From Vermamoeba vermiformis (Eukaryota): 64,000 nucleotides of DNA. Positions 53,781 to 64,000 of the stretch are shown piece by piece. Each line of letters starts with the position of its first letter. The stretch's first letter is position 1. The notes beneath the pieces were generated by a model, which saw only the letters and a program-made list of their open reading frames with translations, had not been told where the DNA came from and searched no databases. Location of the stretch: the NCBI GenBank assembly GCA_045837725.1, contig JBEWZL010000162.1:1-64000 (forward strand), read 5' to 3'. Both the position numbers and the translations under genes were made by a program.

Positions 53781-55593
53781 TATAATTTTATACAATTAAT
53801 ATACCTGTTTGAAAAATATTGCGCTTACTTACAACGAATTTTACATGTTCTACTTACGCACAAGTGACGGGACGGAGGGAATGGAAATATTAATAAAATA
53901 AGGGTAATAATTTTATTAATGCGAGTGAGAGAAAAGATAGGTTGGAGGGGAGAAGAAGGGGTGTAGGAAATTTGGAGGAAGAGAGGGTTGATTAGAGAAA
54001 GCTGCGAAAGATAAAATATAAAGAGGTTGTAAATATGTTATATATATTATTAATAGATAGAATTTTTGGTGAGTAGTGTAAAATTTTAATATGTATCCGC
54101 GCTGGGATGGACTAGAATTATTTTGATAAATTTTCTACACCTAATAATATTGATATAAGAATTTAAATTTTGTTATTGATGTAGCATTAGGAAAAATTTT
54201 TGGGGTTTGTGGGGTTGAGGGTTATATGAACAGAATTAATTTTTTGATATTTGGAATGCGCAGTTAATTGATATAAAAAAAAATCCTGAATTTGATATTT
54301 AGATAGATCTCTTGGTGTCGCCTCCTCAACTGAACGTCTCCAGTAAACAGAAAATTGTAAAGTGATTCTTTTTTCGTTGTTCCTTCTGGTTGTTTTCTTT
54401 TTTATTGTTGTTAATGGATTTGTTCCGGTCCTTGGTTTATTGGTTTTGATGGGAGACTTATAATAATATATTTATATAATTTAGATAAATTCTTCTTAAA
54501 ATCGTCTTAGTAAAAATTAGCTGTGTGCGTCCGCGCCGTTCCTCCCAACCTTTATGTTAGCGGCGACTTACTGTTATTATTAGCGAAATCGTCGCCATTT
54601 ATTTAATTTTGGATAAATTAAGTCTGGAGTTGTGAGGTGGGCTTTTTAAAATTCAAATAATTTGTATTTTGGAAAAAAAATTGAATTTGGAGGCTGGTAA
54701 TGGGTGACGAACGTGTGAGAGGTGAGAGATTGTAGGTGCCCGTGGCGATTGTGCGAAACGTAGAAGATGATCCCCCTATTTTGATTATAGTTCAGGCTTT
54801 TTGGGACTTTCGTCGCCGGCCCAAGCACGGGGACTCGGGGAACGGAATTTGGCTCATCACACCATGTCAACCACTCTTCCGTATTTTGGTTCCAGTTCCT
54901 GTGAGGGTTAAAAGGATAGGGTGTTGTAAAATTGGGCTCGAGTCGGTGATATTAGTTTGGTAGCCCAGTTCCACCCATGATTATATTCAAAGGTAACTCT
55001 GCTGTAAAGGGGTATCCCCTACCTCCTTAGAAACGTTGGAAGATCACTTTGACAGGTTTGAATTTGGCTCCCATGTGGGATAGAATTGGGAGAAGGGAGT
55101 CACCTCAAACACGTTTCTTGCCTCCTGCTTCCCCCTCCAGCCTTGGTATATCAGTCTACAGGGCTGGGCTGGGACCAAGCCCCCGTTTGGCGCCCAGCGT
55201 GTGAAAAGTGGGGTTTGTGTTGTATTTTTTTTTTTTTTGTTTTCGGCGTTTACAGTAATTGTTCCATCAAGTTCTGAAGATGTGGAACGATTAAACGTCC
55301 GTTATCCCGGAGTTTTGTGTTGCTATTCAATACGCAATTAATTGATATAGCAAAAGATTAGTTATGTTGATTCATACATTTATTGCTGGACGCCCCGGAT
55401 ATTGCACCGAGAAAATTCTTCGCAGGAAGCGCCTCGTTTGGCAAAAACGGCGATTGATTAAATATTCAACAATTTTATTGTCTTTTTACATGAATAAGGG
55501 TGTTGGGTTCATATACTCCGTATACAACGGAATTTTCTCGCGCAACTTGTCAGTCCTGTACGGGATCGAATTAACACCGTCTAAAGAATTAGT

Positions 55594-57403
55594 TTAGTAG
55601 TGAGTATTAATATGACTGTTAAATATTCTCAACTTACATAATTTAAATGTATGCAATTGCGATAATTTTGTTAAATTATCGTGCCACGTTGAATTCGGTA
55701 AGAAGACTGTTTTCAAATTCTTCAATGCCGTCAATTCTAATAGTGCTTCAGGCTGTTCTAATGGGACTATACGTAGTTCGAATGACTCTAATGAGGTCAT
55801 ATGACTTAAATCACTCCAATTTTGTAACGGCATTTCTAATGACAGGCGTGTGAGGTATTTCAAGTCTTCTTTGTTGTAGTTGAAATTATTCGCATTAATT
55901 TTCAACGATTCCAGTGCACTTATGCCGCGAATGTCCAAGTCGTTGGATAGGCTAACAACTTCCAAGCTGTTCAAATGCTTCAAACACTTCAATTCTTCCA
56001 GTCCTTCTGATATTTTGCCAGTGCGATTGATGATAGACAACGTTCGTAAAGAATTTCCTAATTTAGAAATTCCGTTGATGGTGATATTAAGAGACCCTGG
56101 AGATCCTCCGCCAATAAGAACGACAAGCCGTGTTAAATTCGTTAATGTCATTATTGGCGATAAATCTACAGAATACTTCGCTACGCCCGTTGTACTGAAT
56201 GATATATCCAAATTCATCACATTACTATATTTGGAAATTGGTGAAACTGATTGATCCTGATCCAAATTTTGTACTGTCAATTCCTTCAATTTATCGATAC
56301 CGACGCTTCCTAAAGTTGTATCGAATGAAAATACGTGTTTAAGTTGTTTAAATAGGTGAAGTGATGAAAGCTGCTTTAATCTGCTGAGATCCAGATCGTG
56401 ATTGACTTCTCGCAATTTTAGTACTCGCAAATTTGTTAATTGTTCTACATCCTTAAAGTACATCAATGTGCTATTCTTTACGTAGGTATTTGGATTGATT
56501 TCTAAGTACGTCAATTTGAGCATTGTATCGAAAAATGTAAGATCAGTATTTGTCGTCAATGATTCTAAACTTGGTAATGGTCTATCAAGTTTGAATAACA
56601 TCGAGTAAGCGTAATTATAATTTTCGGTAAAATAGTAAATTTTTTGTGCGTTGATCTGGAGTGTCTTCAAGTTTGTAAACTGATCCAAATATATTTTGTT
56701 GAATATTCTTGTATCGATACAGCGATAAATGCGTCAATCTAGACCCATCGCTTACTAATGGAGGTAGATCATCCGCATTGATTGCGTGAAAGCTTGCAGA
56801 TTCCAAAAAAGGCAGATTCAGCTTGATCTCTTCGTCCAAAATCTGTTCGTCCGCATAATAGTCTTTGATTATGAATACGCCCGTTGCAAGCTTCTTAAGA
56901 TTCGTTAATGATGTTATAGTTGCTGTAGATACCATATGAATGTCCAGTTGTTCCAAGTTCGTCATAGTTGAAAGAAAAGTTGGATCTTTACCATCCGACA
57001 CGGCTTGATTTTTGTTCGCAATTATCAATGAAGTTAAGTTTGACAATGCTGTTAATGGCGCATATTGATCGGTTCTAATAGTATGAATCGAAGCTTTGGC
57101 AAAATTTAAGCCGAATGAAGTTTGGTATTTTGAAAACGACTCTGTGATCTCGTTCAGCTCGTGACCAAATACCAATCCAAGTGTAAAATCAGTAATATTG
57201 ACCCAGTTCAACCATTTTTTGCAAACTCTTCGCATGTAAAATTTCCATTTTGAATGGGACAGGTAAGAAAATATTAAATCCGTTAATTCGGGCGGCAGAT
57301 CGAACAAGAAATCGTGTTCCTGTTAAATAAACACATATTAATTTAATTAATTTATTTGCAAATTAATTATAAGGCTGCTACGAACCTTGTCAAACTTTTC
57401 CAT
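55594..57403 (-). pseudogene. F-box/LRR paralog with a +1 frameshift near 56690
   Basis: Start exon MEKFDK. Two overlapping ORFs together match the 52499 paralog, and there is no intron at the junction. This could be an assembly error. Confidence 0.65.
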
Positions 57404-58324
57404 CCGATCGCAATCAAACAATTAATTAATTAGCCGTAATGATGAGCAGACCAGATCGTAAACACGTACACGAATGGTGTGTGGTCATTAGTATCGTTTT
57501 GGGATAAATTAAGCGATACAACGGCTGGTCTTGGCCCACAAAAATCGTCCGCCAAAATCTCGCAAACTGAAATTGCAATTAGACTTGGAGGACACTAATA
57601 AAAGAAAATATCATGGGTTGCTACACTGAAATATCATGCTTCGAACGCAGTTCAAACCTAACAGTTGATTATAAAACGGCGGGATCTGCTGGGACAAAAA
57701 TGACTTTGCTTTCTAAGGCAATAAATTATTGCATAATATTACAAAATATTCAAGGTACGAATTTTAGGTGTACAACATACAATTTGTATTTAAATTTTCT
57801 GCCTCCAAAAGTGAATCAGCGTAAAATCGTTCGCATCGTTTCATCTACGAAAGCGACCAAAATATCAACTTTAATTAATTAAAAGCAAATTACTAACGTG
57901 CAAGTTTCAAGATTGATCGATCTAGAACGTGTTGACCTACCGGATAACCGGTCAGTATTTCAGTTCGCCAAGGTGATTCGCGTATCTAGCTATTCGAGGA
58001 AAACTTCAGTTGCAATTTGAAAGATTTCTTGCTGTTAGAAGAATTGAATCATGGAACGCAACGGATTCATGAGCTGTTTCACATCACACCAACAGAGGCT
58101 GAAGGTAATAATCATATTTGACGCTCTTTATGGTGAATTGATACCAATAGTCACGCTTGTATTTAGGACATCATGTCAGTACACGCGTACCAGAGGCGAC
58201 AACGATGATCGGTCGGATCTTGTCAATTTTGACGTGGCTCGTTCAACGAAAGACGCAAAAACATTAAAAGAAAATGCAGCAGGTTGCATTAAATCAGTTG
58301 TTATTCGTCAATAGAAGACCACAA

Positions 58325-59941
58325 ATGCTCAAGTTAATATTCGGCTTCGTGCTGGCAGTTGCCATCGTCAATGCCGCTGAACTGGTCGTAAGTTATCTTT
58401 ATTGTAAATCAAATCTATTTTAAATTTAATTATTAAAACGTGATCGCAACTTGATTGTCGGTTCCACGATTAAAATTAACCGATTTAAAGCATAAGTTGG
58501 TATTTACATTGTAATTAACTTGTAATAATTTTTCAGAGCTTAGAAGCAACTAATGACTCACAAAACTACCGTTGGATGGAGGTTCAATATGCTTCCATTG
58601 CTGCGCATGGCGATACGATCGTGTCTGCTGAAGTAACGGATCCGTCGAACGCGACAGCCACTGCATGGGCCGTTTTTAGACAAGTGAATGGACAATACAA
58701 CAAGATTGCATCTGTGCCTCAAGTCGTTCGATACCTCAGTCAAACCCTCAACAATGGTGATTGGATGGGTGGCTGGACTTCGACTGTGGGTGTGCATCTG
58801 TTGCAGCTGGATGCGAACAACATAGTCATCAAAGAGAAGCTGATTTCCGTCCCCGATGATACGGACTACGTAGCACTTCTCTCCGACAACACCATAGTGT
58901 ACTTGAGCTTGACTAATGGATCACTGCATTCGCTCAAGTTCAACGACGATAACACGTGGTCACAAGGTCCCGGTCTCGGCTTGGATCGATTCTTGCCGCA
59001 CCACGGACGACGACAACCACATCATCATGATCAGATTGGACACATCTACGTCAATCGGAGGATCTTGGAAAGTGACCGACGGATTCGCTTTCGACGTGGA
59101 GACCATCAACAACGGCGTTGATAACCCGTTCAATGTCTACTTCAATGGCGATGACACCGTTATTTTTGCTTTCCCTGACACGATCTACAGTGGTGCTTCG
59201 TATGCTGGCTACCTCGTGTTCTACACGAAGGTCAACAGTGATTGGGAATGGCACGTCATCACGATGGACGACATTGGATTTATCGGTACTGACGCTCAGT
59301 TGGGCAAACTGTCATTTGCTGCAATTAACTCGAAGAATCTTGTCTTTGGTGCTCCTTTTGAAGGCTTGGTCGCGGCACCTCCACCAGGCACCACGAAGAA
59401 GCGCGGTGGTCCTATTATCAACCGACCCATTGGCAAGGCCTTATTGGTCCAACAGCAAAATAGCACGTGGGTCCCCATCGCGAAGATTTCTTCTCCTAAT
59501 TTCGGTCTCCTTGCTTCTGGCGTTGGTGTCACGAACACTGACATCGTGATGACCTTCGCTACTTCCGGATCCTCGTACTTCAACTACCAATTCTACACCG
59601 TCCCTGTGTGCATTGTTAAGCCCATCAATGCCACTTGTTATGACAGAGACTCGTCGTCCTGCGAGATCGATGTTGCCACCACGGATGCGTTCTCAGTTAC
59701 TCCGTGCCTCTTCGAGACTAAAGCGTACATCAAGCATGTCAAAGACTTGGACAACTCCGTGCAAGTGACCTTCGAGTTTGAGCGCATGTGGGCATCGTTA
59801 GTCTCGTGCAACTCAACGCTAACTTGCCCGGGCTCAACTACGCCTGTCAAGCCTCCTGTCAAACCAGGCGTCAGTGGTGCCACTAGACTTTCAGTATTCA
59901 GCGTGACCGCGATGTTGATTGCTTTCTCGATGGTGTTCTAA
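58325..59941 (+). CDS. Surface protein paralog 2, frame disrupted near 58970-59060
   Basis: Signal-peptide exon MLKLIFGFVLAVAIVNA. ORFs 58576 and 58916 are in different frames but colinear with the paralogs. Confidence 0.75.
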
Positions 59942-60168
59942 AGCCTCAAAACGAATAAAGAAGAAGATGTTATGGTTAACGAAAGTTTTGATAGCACTTG
60001 GATTTACGTACGTTAAATTTTCTTTGTTAATGTTACACACAGCTTGATATAAAAAATAGCTCGCCCTGGTGAAGTGTCAACACCAGCGTCACCCGAAAAT
60101 AAATTATCGGGAAGAAAATCTCGTATTTCTTCAATTGATTAATTAAGTACGAACACAAAGCGCGAATT

Positions 60169-61751
60169 ATGCTGCAGAAAATATTGTTTTGCTTTGCAAT
60201 CGTGGCCGTTTCCGCAACAACGGATATCCTCGTAAGTAAGCGAGTAAAAAATGAACTTTCAATTCATAGAAGTAATTTCCTATTAAGTTTAACCTGATAA
60301 CAATTTCAACACTAATTTTTGAATTAATTAATTTCAGAGATTGCAAGCGATAAACGCATCTGAAAGCTATCAATGGAGAGAAAATCTTTTCATGCCCTTT
60401 AGTGCTCACCAAAATACTATTGTGACTGTCGGATCACCGGACATTGATCTAGCGTCTTGGTTCATTTTCAGAGAAAGCAACGGCCTGTACTACAAAGTAT
60501 CAAATGGAACAATCACTACTGATCCACAAATAACATTAAATAATGGTGAATGGATGGGCGGCTTCGGTTCTAGCGGGGTGACACTCTTCAAATTGGATGC
60601 GAACGACAACGTCATCAATCAAACTGATTTTCCAATTAGCGAAGCCCCTGCCTTACTGTCTGACAATACGTTGGTATATTACAATAGCACCAGTGCCCGG
60701 TTCTCATCCTTTGTCGCAAACAACACGGATTTGACTTGGGCGGAAGGTCCCGGATTCGCTGCCGAAAACATCTACTCTCAATGCATACCCATTCAACTCT
60801 TACGTTATAGACGACAATTACATCATCTGGATCAACGCCTCTTTTTACACATTCGTTTACTCGCGTCAACAAGACGGATCGTGGACGCAAACTGACGGCT
60901 TTGCCTTCACCTCACCCGTTGACAGCACCTCTCCATTCAACATGTACTTCAACGGAGCCGACACCCTTATCTTTTCTTACCCGACGACAACGTTCCCAGC
61001 TTCAACCTCTGTTGGCGGTCTCGTGTTAGTCACTAAGGTCAACAATGTCTGGCAAACACAAGTCATCACCGCAGATCAAATTGGACTGTCCGTCGCCGCT
61101 AATTTAGGCTACCGTTCATTTGCAGCGTTAAACAAGGACACCCTGGCTTTTGGAGCTCCTGACCAAGGCTTGGCCAAGAAGCGAGGCAACGTCGTTGTTC
61201 CGATACCAGTAGGCAACGTGATAATAATACAACGTAGAAACAACACGTGGGTTCCTACAGCGAAGTTATATGCGAAGGAAAACGGTGTCTTTGGCACCTC
61301 GATCGGCATTTCGGATAACCAGATCGTGGTGTCATTCTGGAACAGTTTGCCAAGCAGTTACAACTTTCAATTCTACACTGTACCTCTCTGCGTCACTCAG
61401 CCCATCAATGTCACGTGCGTGGATCAACAAGTGTCAACGTGTCAAGTTGACGTGTCATCTACAAATGTCTACTCTATCAACGATCAATGTGACGGGTTCA
61501 ACACCGAAGCATCGATCATGGACATCAATGTGAAAGACTACAAGTTGTCGGTGACATTCGAGTTCAATCGTGCTGTGTCTCCGAGCGCCACGTGCACTTC
61601 AACGTTGACCTGCCCTCGTCCTCCAACGACTACACCTACAACAACTCCTACGACCAAAGCTGTGAGCAGTGCTTCTGTTCTATCGGCTGTTGGAACATTC
61701 GTGATGCTATTAGCTGCTGTTCTAACAATGACCATTGGTTTACGAAGCTAG
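60169..61751 (+). CDS. Surface protein paralog 3, frame shifted near 60750-60810
   Basis: Signal-peptide exon MLQKILFCFAIVAVSA. Shares LNNGxWMGG, LLSDNT, TDGFAF, FGAP and FYTVP with paralog 2. Confidence 0.78.
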
Positions 61752-61840
61752 TAATGTTAGTTATTATTAAAATCCAACTAATTATCTAAAGTAGTTGCTA
61801 ATTTTAGATTTACGTGCGTTTGATTATATTACAAGGTGAA

Positions 61841-64000
61841 CTATTTTATGAAGGGAGAATAATTTAACAACGATATTGTGTTGCTTTCGTATGATAGGGC
61901 AATCAACATCTCCCAACTGATGAGCAGATCTCGAAGAACAAACAAGTAAGAATGAAATTGCAGTAATTGTGGCTGGAATGAATAAATTAGCTTCTTCTGT
62001 AATAAGTTTTTTCTCGTCTTTTTGTGCTTTCGGAACATCTTGAGCATTATTTCTTTGACTTCTTGAATATTCCGTCGATTTCTGCCAACATATTTTTTTT
62101 GAGTTGTAACGAATCCGCTAAATAATTCTACTTGATGCTCCATAATTGTCTGTATTCGATCTAAATATGGATTCAATGGCACATAGAATTCTTCAATCAA
62201 TTCGATTTTCTCGCAAAACAAGTCTTTCAAAGCCAACAGCATAAAAGCGACATTTTGCATCGCTTGAACGGTTCTGCCTAAATTTTTCCGCCTTTGAGGA
62301 CTCACTAACTCTTGTCTAGCTTCTTTTAATAGCCGAGATTGATTCACCGTGTTGAAATTTAGCTGAGCTATTCTTCGTCCAAGTTCCTCTTCTTTCTGTC
62401 GGTATTCATGGACTTGCATGCCTTGAACAATAATATTACACGCTTCTTTTAACGACTGTTGTAATGAATCTCGTAGTCGATGCAAGGCTAGGGACGGATA
62501 TATAAGAGACCCTAAGAAGGCGATAATGATTCCTATAAAAACAGTTAGATCTCGTTCGTTCGAAACTTTCAGCCTCGTAAGCAACGTACCAAAAATGATC
62601 ACCAGCGATCGTGCAATAGCGTAATAAATATCTGCTGAAGTAAAAGGGTATTGCGAGTAAACTACAATCTGATAGGTCAAATTCGCAACAATCCTAAAAA
62701 ATGGATTAGCAATCCAAATTTACCATAAAAGGAAATTTGAATGAATAATATTACGTACAATGAATATGGTCTATCATAAGCTGTACTATGTTGCAAATAA
62801 GTCGCTGAGAAGTAGAATAGGAAACCGAAAGTATAGACGATGGCAAGTCCTTCAGGATAAACCAGGGACGCTAGGTAGACCGTGAGCTCTCCAAATAAAG
62901 CACCAATTACTGATCCTAGAATACGTTCAATCGATCTATAATGAATTTAGTAAATATCCAATAAAAAACTTGTTCGGATTTACCTTTGCCAAGTGGATCC
63001 AACCGACGGCATTAAGACTACTGCGACAGTAAATACCGCCCATACTCCGCGAATGTATCGCGGGTAATCGCTTAACTGTCTATTCACAAAGATCATAATC
63101 ACCGAGACTATGCCGAGTAAGATCGGCAAACGAATGACGTAAGCCATTGAGATCTTGTTGTTAATGAACTGAGGAGCTGTTTTTTTAAGCTGTGCTCGTT
63201 CTTTGGATTTGCTAACGAATATACCTATGCTCAAATCGTTAAATAAAGCTTGCGAAACTCGGATTTGGATTTGGACTTACTTTTTGCGAAATGTACGACG
63301 GTATTGTACAGATCTTTAACAGGTTTAGCGAAAAAATATGCTAGTGTTGATCCATAGCCCCATGAAGAGTCGCTGTGAATTCTCGCGTTCAGTTCGAAAA
63401 TTTTGTGGTCGATCTTGTACAATTTCTCAGGCAAGTTAACCAGACGCCAAATATAGAAGTTAACACGTGATGCTTCTTTTGTAGGAGCCAATTTGATGTT
63501 ACCACCTTCATCCTCGTCTCGTGGCTTCAATGTTTCTTGAAGTTCGAACTTGATCCTGTTGCTAAGTTCGACCAACCTATGCAACAGTTGTTAATTATTT
63601 CCTTTTAAGGAAATTTTGTAAACTTACTTCTGCTGGCTAGCACATGCTTTTTCAGCATTTCCAAGCTCGACATTGACGTGTCTTCGGTTTTGAAAGTCGT
63701 GCAAAAACACCCTCTCGGCGCGGGTCTCAATTACTTTCATTCGCTTTTCAATCTAAAAAAATATTTAATAAGAACATATAAAAGACAAAATGGATTCGTC
63801 GAGGACTATTAAACCCGCGTATCATACCTCTTGGGACATTTCATTGAGTAATGGAATGATGACCCATATTCTGTTTGCAATACGTGTGTCAATCGCACCT
63901 TCGAACATTAAATGCATCGTGAGCATGTGACGCAGTAACATTTCAGTGTTGAGAAGAATGTTGCTTTCAATTTCTCGCAGCTCCGGTGACGCCCAACTAA
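61841..64000 (-). CDS. FUSC/ALMT-like (aromatic acid exporter family) membrane protein, 5'-partial
   Basis: WAVFTVAVVLMPSVGSTWQRSIERILGSVIG followed by several TM segments and a helical C-domain. Confidence 0.8.

Noticed and set aside
55188-55204. TGGCGCCCAGCGTG resembling a tRNA-Lys primer-binding site
   Set aside because: Not preceded by an LTR-ending CA, and no LTR pair or gag/pol is visible.

Overview
Intron-rich, gene-dense eukaryotic DNA, probably an amoebozoan protist. This is inferred from CARMIL, a family-C GPCR, a PPR-TrmB fusion and short GT-AG introns. From about 8.3 kb onward there are about 21 ordinary spliced genes: a Cys-repeat surface protein, PPR-TGM, a GH65 glycosidase, a large family-C GPCR, a PX protein, a METTL21-like methyltransferase, F-box proteins, a RING E3, GPD2, a bacterial-type alpha/beta hydrolase, MPP10, an ANK-Kelch-SPRY-BTB protein, CARMIL, three paralogous surface proteins and a FUSC/ALMT-like transporter. 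The first 8.2 kb is different. Positions 1-5300 hold about 30 minus-strand exon/intron units at a period of about 140-160 bp, with intact splice signals, but at least two exons are closed in all three frames. These units form higher-order repeats and include covarying hairpins. Next come telomere-like seeds, a palindromic 48-bp tandem repeat, a CpG-decayed 1.1-kb duplicate and a dead IS630/Tc1 transposase. All exon boundaries were read by eye and are approximate.
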